Below, in pieces: positions 16,551-25,583 of a stretch of 64,000 nt of DNA (its first letter is position 1; every line of letters begins with the position of its first letter). The notes beneath the pieces are model-generated. The model was not told the DNA's origin. It worked only from the letters and a program-made list of their open reading frames with translations, and did no database searches. A program made the position numbers and the translations under genes. This stretch comes from a virus. The stretch spans positions 7,719-71,718 of the IMG/VR virus record IMGVR_UViG_3300021963_000100; one strand, 5' to 3'.

Positions 16551-17144
16551 ATGTTTAAATTAACTAAAGAAACTAAAAAATGTCTAATTGAGATATATAA
16601 AAACAAAAATATATCTCTAGAAGGTAATATATTGAAGTTAATAGATGTGGATGGTGAGGAAGATGCGGAATTTAACGAATATATTAAAAATGCTATTACT
16701 TTAGATAAAGATGTGAGGAGAAAACGTTTAGATATTACAAAACAAATACAATCGCAAAACAAACAATTATTAGCAGCACAAAAAGAAAATGAAAAACTAA
16801 TGACCGAATTAAAATCAGCGTTAGATGAAGCTAAAGATGCAAAATTAGAAGCTGAAAAATTACGTGATGCTGCCGTTGAGGATTTAGATACATTACAGAA
16901 AAGGACGCAATTCGAATTGATTGGATTAATAGTCAAAAGCGCATTATATGTTATAATTGGAGTTGGTTTAATCACAACTGGGTTATACATTTTTGCGATG
17001 ACTAATCATTATGATACAAAAATACTTGAGTCATCTTGGAGTAATATGTTTGGAATTTTATTAACAAATTCATTTAGTATCATTGGTACAATAATGGGTG
17101 TTAAATATGCCACGGATAATAGTAAAAAAACAGAAAATAAATAA
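16551..17144 (+). CDS. coiled-coil protein with two C-terminal TM helices
   Basis: Heptad-rich centre and two hydrophobic segments; 5 nt downstream of the receiver gene. Confidence 0.85.
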   Translation: MFKLTKETKKCLIEIYKNKNISLEGNILKLIDVDGEEDAEFNEYIKNAITLDKDVRRKRLDITKQIQSQNKQLLAAQKENEKLMTELKSALDEAKDAKLEAEKLRDAAVEDLDTLQKRTQFELIGLIVKSALYVIIGVGLITTGLYIFAMTNHYDTKILESSWSNMFGILLTNSFSIIGTIMGVKYATDNSKKTENK

Positions 17145-17149
17145 AAAAA

Positions 17150-17992
17150 ATGAAAGAATTTGCATATAACACAGGATCACCAATATACGGAACAGATCAA
17201 ATTGGTGATTTAGCCGTTGGTGCGGCCAATGGTAATTACGAGTACACAAATAATCCACAATTCTGGGGGGGTGCTGATGATACCACGGGGTATATCATAG
17301 CAGCGCCAGTTCCAGATAACTCACAACCAACACCAATACCTGGTGTAACAGCATCGGTTTGTTTTTATGGTACAGGTAATACAGAATCAGAGTTTATTTT
17401 TTTAGCAAATACATTAAGCGGCCAAGATTTCACAAGTGGTAATGAGGCTAGTGTATGGTTAAATAGTAATGGTTATTGGAGTAATTGGTCTGGTTTTGGT
17501 AGCTCTGGGTTCCAATGGATGACAATGACTGAGATTAACGAAAGTGATGCCCATGGGATAGGACAAAATAACATCACAATTAATATTACACAATCGGGCG
17601 GTGGTATGGGTATTGAGCCTGGTATGTACAATGCCAATACATTCCCTGAAGAATACGGTGTGCCTCTTGTTGGTGACCAAATTCAAAACAGCCAGGATGG
17701 TGTATTTACTGCAACATTTAGTCAACCTGTGACGGATCCTTTAGTTGCGTTTGCGAGTGTTGGTAATCCAAGTCTATATGTCCCAGTGATTGTTTCAGCA
17801 CCGTTCACACCAATTTGGGGTCAAAATACAACATATCAAAACCAATCAGGATCACAATACACACAGTTTACTGGTAACGAAGGGTTTAATATTATCCGTA
17901 TAGATGGTACTCACACGTCAATTACCTTTAACTACACCGTTGCTGAGTACTACAGTACAATTTGTTTCGGGTTTGTTGATCAAAACCCATAA
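17150..17992 (+). CDS. putative virion accessory protein, paralogue family member 1
   Basis: G/T/N-rich; N-terminal domain of about 110 aa shared with 18006, 19026, 20886. Confidence 0.7.
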   Translation: MKEFAYNTGSPIYGTDQIGDLAVGAANGNYEYTNNPQFWGGADDTTGYIIAAPVPDNSQPTPIPGVTASVCFYGTGNTESEFIFLANTLSGQDFTSGNEASVWLNSNGYWSNWSGFGSSGFQWMTMTEINESDAHGIGQNNITINITQSGGGMGIEPGMYNANTFPEEYGVPLVGDQIQNSQDGVFTATFSQPVTDPLVAFASVGNPSLYVPVIVSAPFTPIWGQNTTYQNQSGSQYTQFTGNEGFNIIRIDGTHTSITFNYTVAEYYSTICFGFVDQNP

Positions 17993-18005
17993 ATCATATT
18001 AGAAG

Positions 18006-18986
18006 ATGAGTAATAAAGTTGTAGCATATAACAGTGGTTCGGTAACAGCATACGGTACCAAATATGGTAATCTTGAGGTTGGTACTGTTGCCAACGATTA
18101 TAGAAAAAATACAGGTGGGTTAACTTGGTATAACTCACCAAACTTTGGTAATGATTATGTGATGATCTCAAACACATATGATTTAGGTTTATCCACACAA
18201 GGTAACGCTAAACCACTATTTTGGGTTGCAACAAATGATAATGATTTTTTAACCATTGTAAATAAATTACATGATAATCGTAATGCGGCACCGTTAGGTA
18301 CCGTAGCGGATGCGATAAATTGGGTTAACGCTAGTAATAAGTATTATTTAGTTAACACACCATCAGCTTTTGTTAGTGGTGGTTTGGTTCTTAATTTATT
18401 ATCAGCACCAACATCAGGTTCTGTGTGGACTGATACACAAGGTTCTTATAATGGTACAATAACAAACGGAACATATACATCTGATCATGGTGGTGGTATT
18501 ATTTTAAATAATGGAACTGTTGGATTAAATTATAATTTAGGTGCTAGATGGACTGTTGAAGTTATTGCTAAAGGCCAAGCGGTTCAAACATACTGGGCTT
18601 CATTATGGGGTGAAGAAGTTTGGGGTTCCAGAGGTTGGACGTGTTATGCCGCTTCTGCTGGAACGTGGACTGTTACCCCAGCTAGTTTTGGTTCTGTTGC
18701 TAATTTTTCGGCTACAATGACTAATATAAATCATTATGCAATAAGTTATGATGGTACAAATATTAGAATGTATGTAAACGGTATCAAACTAGCAACATCA
18801 GCTTCGGCACCACCAACACCATCAGCTCAAGGGTTTTTATTTGGTGCTAGACACACAAATGGTGGTACTGGGGCAACAGATTATTTTAAAGCCACATATT
18901 ACCAAATGAGAATATACAACACAAATATTTCTGACGCAGATGTAACAACTAATTTCAATGCAATAAAAACAACCTATGGGTTATAA
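18006..18986 (+). CDS. putative virion protein with C-terminal LamG/ConA-like domain
   Basis: WTVEV...HYAISYDGTNIRMYVNG...QMRIYNTNIS pattern. Confidence 0.8.
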   Translation: MSNKVVAYNSGSVTAYGTKYGNLEVGTVANDYRKNTGGLTWYNSPNFGNDYVMISNTYDLGLSTQGNAKPLFWVATNDNDFLTIVNKLHDNRNAAPLGTVADAINWVNASNKYYLVNTPSAFVSGGLVLNLLSAPTSGSVWTDTQGSYNGTITNGTYTSDHGGGIILNNGTVGLNYNLGARWTVEVIAKGQAVQTYWASLWGEEVWGSRGWTCYAASAGTWTVTPASFGSVANFSATMTNINHYAISYDGTNIRMYVNGIKLATSASAPPTPSAQGFLFGARHTNGGTGATDYFKATYYQMRIYNTNISDADVTTNFNAIKTTYGL

Positions 18987-19025
18987 TGATAATAATCAAA
19001 CTATTTATAGTTAATATAAATTAAT

Positions 19026-19817
19026 ATGAGAAACGAAGTAAAATATGACCCAATTAATGGTAAAACAATACAGGTTAGTGACACTAACACTGATTATACA
19101 ATTGGAGATTGGGTAGCTGGTATAGATGATACAGTTGGTTATGTGATTGTATCAGATACAACAACGCTTAATGCTGTTGGTTCTGGTACTGGGGGTGGTT
19201 TGGGTGATCCAGCTGGTGCTAATATGCCAGTTTTTTGGCAATCAACTGGTAGAACGGATAATGCGTTAATTGATTTATTAAATAAAATACCAGGATCGCC
19301 AGGTATGTTTACTGATATTAACACGGCATTAATGTGGTTATCGACCTCACCAATGTCGCTTACTGGTTATAATAATAACCCAACGGGTACGGCATTGGAT
19401 GGTGATTATTTCTTATTTGCACAATATTCACCAGCTATGTCATCTGGTTCTATAACATTCCCAAATCACGAAATTGGCACTTATGATTTAAACCCAAACC
19501 ATGTTGGTCAATACAGTTTTGGTATGTATGATACACAATTATATATAAATAAGTTTGCATTTGGTGATGTGAGTAATGAAGCAATTTTTAATCAATTTGT
19601 TGGTAAATCTGGCACCTTAACTTTAACACAGGGGTCTAATAGTGTTACATATGCATTTACCAATCAAGCGTTTGAAAATAGCAGTTATGGTGGCACTAAC
19701 TTATATGCCGATAATCACTTTGAAAATAGTGTTTCAGGTTCAATTACCGTTATATCTCCAGCGTCTGGTGAATTTAATACAACACAACCAATAACTATTA
19801 GCTACACACTAAACTAA
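19026..19817 (+). CDS. putative virion accessory protein, paralogue family member 3
   Basis: Shared N-domain (DDTVGYVIVSDT...PVFW...LLNKI...ALMWL); late motif at 19002. Confidence 0.7.
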   Translation: MRNEVKYDPINGKTIQVSDTNTDYTIGDWVAGIDDTVGYVIVSDTTTLNAVGSGTGGGLGDPAGANMPVFWQSTGRTDNALIDLLNKIPGSPGMFTDINTALMWLSTSPMSLTGYNNNPTGTALDGDYFLFAQYSPAMSSGSITFPNHEIGTYDLNPNHVGQYSFGMYDTQLYINKFAFGDVSNEAIFNQFVGKSGTLTLTQGSNSVTYAFTNQAFENSSYGGTNLYADNHFENSVSGSITVISPASGEFNTTQPITISYTLN

Positions 19818-19825
19818 ATTAACTT

Positions 19826-20062
19826 ATGGAATATAGAATTAAATTTGAGGTTTATAATAGATTTAACCACCTAATAAAAGAAGAGTTAAAATCTGTGATA
19901 ATTAATGAGCCAACTGTTGCCGAAATAAAAGATTTATTCCCAAAAGACCAGTATGGTAATATTGAATCTGAAATTTTTATTGGTAATGGTGGTAGACGTG
20001 ATTTGGTTGATATTGATTTAGTTAATCAAGTTTGGGTTAAATATGTTATTAAATTAAACTAA
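19826..20062 (+). CDS. hypothetical protein
   Basis: 78-aa ORF. Confidence 0.65.
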   Translation: MEYRIKFEVYNRFNHLIKEELKSVIINEPTVAEIKDLFPKDQYGNIESEIFIGNGGRRDLVDIDLVNQVWVKYVIKLN

Positions 20063-20796
20063 ACCTCATCATCACCAAAATCTGGATTGAATATTTTATA
20101 TTCTTCGATATCCAATATTAAATAATATTCACCTTCGGGTGTGAATTTAATAACCTCATCTTCATCACGAATAACTTCTTGTTCATACCCTAAGTCGCCT
20201 TGGGTATGTTTAAATATAATATTCATAACTTGTGGATTCATAATAAATGTATCATCCACCTTTGTTTCAAATATAACTGGGACATTTATAATATTTTCCC
20301 ATTCTTTACCCCTAAACCCACTAGAGAAAAATAAAGACGCTGTCCAACTAGTAACATCCCTGTTTGGTTTATATGGGAATGGTGTTTTAAATTTAAGGTA
20401 GGATCCATTATCGAACTCTTCAAATTCTGGATTTTGTTTTAACCAATTACTTAATACTGGTAATTTAACTGACGTACCCCTATATACTAACTTACCGTAT
20501 GGTGGATTTAAAATTTCTGGGAAATATTGTTTTAGTTTGGTTAAATCGGAAACTGTTGATATTATTTTAGCTGCGCTAGAATCGGTAGATGATTGAGTCC
20601 AAGTCTTTAAATTTTTTAATATGTTGGTTTCTAAAGGAGTGTTTTTTTCTGGTTCTTTGTTTTGTATACCAGCTATTTGTGGGTTAGAACCAAATAAAAC
20701 ATTACCCACTTGTTGTTGGATGGCTTTTGGTATTGCCCTCTCATCCAAATTCAAGATGGTACGCATTCGATTTATTTGCTCATTTAAATTACCCAT
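20059..20796 (-). CDS. ADP-ribosyltransferase-like protein (R-S-E type) with N-terminal tag
   Basis: VYRG...TSWT...EDEV in the expected order; LNEQINRMRTIL tag. Confidence 0.6.
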   Translation of the reverse strand: MGNLNEQINRMRTILNLDERAIPKAIQQQVGNVLFGSNPQIAGIQNKEPEKNTPLETNILKNLKTWTQSSTDSSAAKIISTVSDLTKLKQYFPEILNPPYGKLVYRGTSVKLPVLSNWLKQNPEFEEFDNGSYLKFKTPFPYKPNRDVTSWTASLFFSSGFRGKEWENIINVPVIFETKVDDTFIMNPQVMNIIFKHTQGDLGYEQEVIRDEDEVIKFTPEGEYYLILDIEEYKIFNPDFGDDEV

Positions 20797-20885
20797 ATCA
20801 GTAATAAATAGTTAATAAATAAAGACAAGTTACCCAAGTTTTTAAAAAATATAAACTATTTATAGTTAGTAAAAAAAGAATTCTT

Positions 20886-22022
20886 ATGGCAACTGTAAAT
20901 ACAATGACAATTGGTAGTACCCTAACCCAAGATTGGTATGGTATGTACCCATCATCACATCTTTTCGGTATTGGTAATATCGATTATAGTCTTAACCCTG
21001 GTGGGTATAATTGGTACCCATCTAACCAACAAGCTATCGATCCAAATGGTACGTTTATGGTTATCTCGGATACGGTAACTGATGGTATAACACAATCTGG
21101 ATCACCATACGTTGCCACATGGCATGTAGCATCTGGTACAACATCAGCGGATGCTGCGGCATTATATAACCGTTTACCATTCACAACAAACCTGACACCA
21201 GTAACAAATTATGATGATGCTAGACGTCAAATTAAAATGCATAATCCACAAGTTTTAATGTATGAAACTAATTTTACGCCATCGGAGTTTAATTACCCAA
21301 ACCCACAAGAATTAAAATTAAATTATGATTTTGGTAATTTAAATTGCGATATTAAACATCCCATCGAAAATAGGGTTTGGAATATATCGGCATTAACTGG
21401 TAGTACGTTAGGGCTTGGGTTAGGGTTCAATTACGCAACAACAACTAATGGGACATTAAATGGGTCGTATAGGGAGCTTGATGGTTTTACCTATACTGGG
21501 TCTTTTCATGCTAGCACTGGTGCTCCACTTAGTAATTTTGCTATCGCTAATGATAAAGGATTTGCTATGAATCTTAGATTTAAAATGGAGGGTAATAATT
21601 CAATAAACCAAACAATATTCCAACTTGGTACTATAATGACTTTAGATACATTAGGTAGTGCAACAGGTTTAACATTAAAATGGGATGATTCAAATGGACA
21701 CAATGGTAGTTTACTTAGCAATTCATACGATTTTCAGGCGACAAATGGTAGATGGTGCTCAATTTGGTTTGGTTATGATAGGTATTCGGATCAGATGTTC
21801 ATGTGTGTTAACCACTCTGGGCTTAGTTCGCCAGATATACAAACATTTCAGTGTGCGTTCGGGCCTAGTCCAGTTAGTTGGGGTAATTTAGTTGGGGATT
21901 TTTTTAATATTAGAAATGCTAGAGTCAAATTAGGTGCTATACAATATTGGATTGGTAATACAATGCCTAAAGTGAGTAATTTTAATACTATAGATGCAAT
22001 AAACGCATCTAGATGGATATAA
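20886..22022 (+). CDS. putative virion protein, divergent paralogue with LamG-like C-terminus
   Basis: DYSLNPGGYNW...MVISDT...LYNRL aligns with the family N-domain; late motif at 20857. Confidence 0.65.
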   Translation: MATVNTMTIGSTLTQDWYGMYPSSHLFGIGNIDYSLNPGGYNWYPSNQQAIDPNGTFMVISDTVTDGITQSGSPYVATWHVASGTTSADAAALYNRLPFTTNLTPVTNYDDARRQIKMHNPQVLMYETNFTPSEFNYPNPQELKLNYDFGNLNCDIKHPIENRVWNISALTGSTLGLGLGFNYATTTNGTLNGSYRELDGFTYTGSFHASTGAPLSNFAIANDKGFAMNLRFKMEGNNSINQTIFQLGTIMTLDTLGSATGLTLKWDDSNGHNGSLLSNSYDFQATNGRWCSIWFGYDRYSDQMFMCVNHSGLSSPDIQTFQCAFGPSPVSWGNLVGDFFNIRNARVKLGAIQYWIGNTMPKVSNFNTIDAINASRWI

Positions 22023-22024
22023 CA

Positions 22025-22051
22025 AAAACCCCGCAATAAGCGGGGTTTTTT
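22025..22051. terminator. bidirectional intrinsic terminator
   Basis: AAAAACCCCGC-AATAA-GCGGGGTTTTTT between convergent genes. Confidence 0.9.
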
Positions 22052-22053
22052 AT

Positions 22054-22599
22054 TTAATATAAAATCAATTTTTTCATTCTATCTATTTGTTCATTTGTGG
22101 TAACTGGATTTGCTTTACCACGCACCATACCACTTTCCCATTCACCGTGATTTGAAATTGGGTTGGCTTTACCACGTTTAACACCAGTTTCCCATTTTTT
22201 ACCAGTGGCTGTAGCGTTACCAGTTGATGTACTAGAGGTTGATTCACCTTCTTCATTAATTTCTTGTGTCTTAGGTAAACGGTACATATCTTCTTTATGT
22301 GAGAAATCACGATTACCACCTTTATTAAAAATAAACCCAAATCTTTGGTAGAAATCTTTTAATCTGTTAACATTACCACCGTAAGCATTTGAGGGTGTTA
22401 ATGTTATCATATAACCAATCTCATCAGCCAATTTGGTTAATTTATCCATAAATTGACTACCTAAACCACTATTTCTTAATGTTGGGTTTACGATAAAACC
22501 AGTTAGAAATAAACTTTTTCTTTTATCATCTTGATATAAATCAAATCTAATTTGTTTTACATCTGGATAATCTTTATGTAGTATTTCTGGTATATTCAT
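22054..22599 (-). CDS. GNAT acetyltransferase with C-terminal tag
   Basis: VNPTLRNSGLGS motif A, FYQRFGF; duplicated WExGxxRGKANP; NEQIDRMKKLI tag; start moved to ATG 22599, downstream of the late motif. Confidence 0.8.
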   Translation of the reverse strand: MNIPEILHKDYPDVKQIRFDLYQDDKRKSLFLTGFIVNPTLRNSGLGSQFMDKLTKLADEIGYMITLTPSNAYGGNVNRLKDFYQRFGFIFNKGGNRDFSHKEDMYRLPKTQEINEEGESTSSTSTGNATATGKKWETGVKRGKANPISNHGEWESGMVRGKANPVTTNEQIDRMKKLILY

Positions 22600-22636
22600 T
22601 ATATTGGTGATATAGTATAAATAGTCCCATTTTAAA

Positions 22637-22720
22637 TAAAAAGGTCGGAGTAGCGAATTCCGACCTAGTTTGTCCACAACCAGTGAACGGTCCTAAAATA
22701 CCACCTCTGAGGGTGGAATA
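22637..22720 (-). ncRNA. candidate structured RNA / terminator downstream of thioredoxin
   Basis: GC-rich intergenic segment with hairpins CCACC/GGTGG and AGGTCGGA/TCCGACCT followed by T5 on the minus strand. Confidence 0.4.
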
Positions 22721-22723
22721 TCT

Positions 22724-23044
22724 TTAAAAAAAAGTTTGTATTTTTTCGTATAATTTATTTTTTGGTAAAGCCCCTATTTGAGAGCCAATAACCTGACCAT
22801 TTCTAAAAAATAATATAGTTGGTAGCCCTCTAACACTGTATTTTGATGGTGTAATTGGATTCTCATCTATATTAATTTTACATGATAATATACGATCATT
22901 AAAATCGTTTGAGGCTTCTTCGAATGCTGGGGCTAATTGTCTGCAAGGGCCGCACCATGAAGCCCAAAAATCAACCATAACCAATTCTTTGTCTGATTTG
23001 ATAACAATATCATTAAAATTGCTATCCGTAATTTCTATAACCAT
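22724..23044 (-). CDS. trxA: thioredoxin
   Basis: VDFWASWCGPC active site, 106 aa. Confidence 0.97.
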   Translation of the reverse strand: MVIEITDSNFNDIVIKSDKELVMVDFWASWCGPCRQLAPAFEEASNDFNDRILSCKINIDENPITPSKYSVRGLPTILFFRNGQVIGSQIGALPKNKLYEKIQTFF

Positions 23045-23056
23045 ATTTAATAAATT

Positions 23057-23287
23057 TTAATATTCTTCATCGTCCTCCACATCAATTTCGTAGGTACCGT
23101 TCTCGATGTCTTCGGTGATCATTTCAATTTGTTCAATCACTTCGTTTATTGAGTTAATAATATTTCTTTCGATATCATCCTGTAATTCATATGATTTTGT
23201 ATCAAGAACTTTTTCTGAATGTGACTCTAATAAATTCTCTAACTCGTCTTTAATAATTGAAAGATGTTTAAGTGTTTTTGTATACAT
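23057..23287 (-). CDS. small acidic helical protein
   Basis: 76-aa ORF behind a late motif. Confidence 0.75.
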   Translation of the reverse strand: MYTKTLKHLSIIKDELENLLESHSEKVLDTKSYELQDDIERNIINSINEVIEQIEMITEDIENGTYEIDVEDDEEY

Positions 23288-23381
23288 ATCTGTACGCTAT
23301 TTAGCATAAATATATTTTTTTTAAGTAAAGTTTGTTTTTTCGATTAAATCGTTATCTTTGTATGATAAAAAATAACTTTTT

Positions 23382-23519
23382 ATGAACCAATTAACTGAAA
23401 ATGAAATCAAAGAATTGATTGAATTTAAAAATTTAATTATTAAATTAATTAATGACATTCCAAATGATATGGAATTGGGTGAAAAAATAAGGAGAAAAAT
23501 AATTAAAGAAGAAAAATGA
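23382..23519 (+). CDS. small protein with PNDxxLGxxIR motif (45 aa, not in track)
   Basis: MNQLTENEIKELIEFKNLIIKLINDIPNDMELGEKIRRKIIKEEK*; TATCTTTG -7 box at 23353-23360; ATGA overlap with the next gene. Confidence 0.75.
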   Translation: MNQLTENEIKELIEFKNLIIKLINDIPNDMELGEKIRRKIIKEEK

Positions 23520-23782
23520 TATACTTATTAAAATTTTTAGGGGTTATGCTAGCAATGGCGATAACCGATGTTTGTTGGGCTTTTTATTTTATAAAAGTTG
23601 ATGAAAGAAGACCTGTTGGTGCTGGTTTGTGGGCTACAGCGTTATTTATCTGTGGGGCTACTGTTACAGCTAACTATGTTGAGGATAAATCATTAATGAT
23701 TGCGGCAGCATTAGGTTCGTTTATAGGTACTTGGGCAACTATTGAATACAAAAAAAGGAAGGAATTGAGTAATAAAAAATAA
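23516..23782 (+). CDS. small three-helix membrane protein
   Basis: Three hydrophobic segments, AALGSFIGTW. Confidence 0.8.
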   Translation: MIYLLKFLGVMLAMAITDVCWAFYFIKVDERRPVGAGLWATALFICGATVTANYVEDKSLMIAAALGSFIGTWATIEYKKRKELSNKK

Positions 23783-23787
23783 AACCG

Positions 23788-24201
23788 ATGGAATACAGGA
23801 TTTGGGATAAAGATCAAAAAAAATACATTAAAGATGCTGTAATAACACAAGATGGTGCCATACAAATTCTTAGGTGTAATGAAGAGTTAAATGAAATCAT
23901 TAATAGGTACTATTCGGACAAGGGTGATATTTTGGGTGGGGATTATACTACTATCGATTATACTGACTGGTATGGTATTAACAGTTGTGTTATTGAAAAA
24001 TGTGTTGGTTCTTTGGATAAAAATGGTAAAAAGATTTTCGAAAATGACATCATACTTACGGATGAAGCTGGTTGGTGTGGTTTTGTTGTGTTTGAACATG
24101 GTTCATTTACCATTATAGATGGTAAGGGTGGTTATTCCTGGATGCCAAACTGGGAACGTTGTGAGGTAATAGGAAATAGAAATAATAATCTTAGCGAATA
24201 A
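23788..24201 (+). CDS. YopX-family protein
   Basis: YRIWDK...GSLDKNGKKIFENDII...EVIGN. Confidence 0.85.
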   Translation: MEYRIWDKDQKKYIKDAVITQDGAIQILRCNEELNEIINRYYSDKGDILGGDYTTIDYTDWYGINSCVIEKCVGSLDKNGKKIFENDIILTDEAGWCGFVVFEHGSFTIIDGKGGYSWMPNWERCEVIGNRNNNLSE

Positions 24202-24382
24202 GACACTCTATTTTACGATATTGACTATCAACAAATAGATCGAATATCATAGACGAAAAAGAATCTTCAAAAATATAAGCATCGACTTTAGGTGTGAAGA
24301 TACGATCAAGCGCTTTTACACCATTTTCCTTAACCATATTAACTATCGTCTCCTTTCTAACGTATCTTTTATTGAACCCCAT
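24191..24382 (-). CDS. small hypothetical protein
   Basis: MGFNKRYV...YIFEDSFSSMIF. Confidence 0.7.
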   Translation of the reverse strand: MGFNKRYVRKETIVNMVKENGVKALDRIFTPKVDAYIFEDSFSSMIFDLFVDSQYRKIECLIR

Positions 24383-24584
24383 TACTATTCAACATATTTA
24401 GAATATTATTATGTTGTTCAACCGCATCACCATTTTTAACTTCATTAAAAATTAAAATGGATTGGAAATCTTCAAATAAATAATATGACGGCTCATTTTT
24501 CAAAAAGTGATATAACAAAGGCATACCACCATTTGTGTGTAGCTCGCTTAGTTTATTTAAATTAACTTTAGGTAGATTACTCAT
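24369..24584 (-). CDS. small hypothetical protein, probable paralogue of 24191-24382
   Basis: Start moved to ATG 24584, downstream of the late motif; YLFEDFQSILIF. Confidence 0.65.
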   Translation of the reverse strand: MSNLPKVNLNKLSELHTNGGMPLLYHFLKNEPSYYLFEDFQSILIFNEVKNGDAVEQHNNILNMLNSNGVQ

Positions 24585-24608
24585 ATTTAATATAAATACC
24601 AGCACTCA

Positions 24609-25583
24609 ATGGAAAAAAAATCAGTAACCAATTTATTTAATGCTGGGGTTGTTATCAACAGTAACCCATTTGAAAAAACAATAAAACCAATTAAAAAATT
24701 AAATAAAGTAAAAAATATTACCGATTGGTTTGAAAATGATGATAAAAAATATGATGTTATTATAACAGGTGGTATTGGTGATTTTGTTGCGATAGAGCCT
24801 TTTTTATTCAAAAAATATTATAATAAGATTGGTAATGTTATTTTAGCCACAAGGGGTTTTAAAGAAATAACAACTTTACTTAGATTATCATACCCAGAAC
24901 TAAATATAATCAATCTATTTCCAGAGTTCCCAAATAATTTTTACGCTTTTATATTAGGTGATGATGTGTTAAATTATTTATATGATAATAATTATTTTAA
25001 TCGTGGTATATTAGAGTTTGATAGATCAGATAACGATGTGATTGATTTTAGCATATTCAAAATATTTCAATTGATAAAAAATGGTTATTTAGATTTTAAT
25101 GAATCGGTTTTCACAACAAAAATTTATACGGATATTAGTAGATTTAACTTACCAAATGAGTACATATCCGTTGTAACAACTAGTAACAGAGATCCAATAC
25201 ATAAGGCTAGAGGTAGGAATTTAACTGAGTTTGAAATCGAAAGGATTGTAGACTATTGTAACAAGATAGATATGGTTGGTGTCTGTGTGTATTGTAATTG
25301 TGCCAACCCAAATAAAAAACTAATACATTTACAAAACATAACACCAATTGAAAGCCTTGAGGTTGTAAAGAATTCAAATAAGTATTTGGGTATTGATTCT
25401 TGGTTATCCGTTATTGCTGGATATAAATTTGACTATGATGATATTAAGATTAAATGTTTTAACCCACACGGATTAAACAATAGGGGTTGTTATTACCCTT
25501 TAATTAAAAGCAAAAATTTATTCGAACCAAATTTTAAGACTTGTTTATTTGGAAACACCAAAGACACTCAAAAATTGCTTTAA
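24609..25583 (+). CDS. glycosyltransferase family 9-like (GT-B fold)
   Basis: GGIGDF near the N-terminus and YLGIDSWLSVIA near the C-terminus. Confidence 0.65.
   Translation: MEKKSVTNLFNAGVVINSNPFEKTIKPIKKLNKVKNITDWFENDDKKYDVIITGGIGDFVAIEPFLFKKYYNKIGNVILATRGFKEITTLLRLSYPELNIINLFPEFPNNFYAFILGDDVLNYLYDNNYFNRGILEFDRSDNDVIDFSIFKIFQLIKNGYLDFNESVFTTKIYTDISRFNLPNEYISVVTTSNRDPIHKARGRNLTEFEIERIVDYCNKIDMVGVCVYCNCANPNKKLIHLQNITPIESLEVVKNSNKYLGIDSWLSVIAGYKFDYDDIKIKCFNPHGLNNRGCYYPLIKSKNLFEPNFKTCLFGNTKDTQKLL

Noticed and set aside
13818-17144. Bacterial contamination or chimeric join at the signalling module
   Set aside because: Genes overlap or abut phage genes on both sides with similar AT content and A-rich starts; read mapping would settle it
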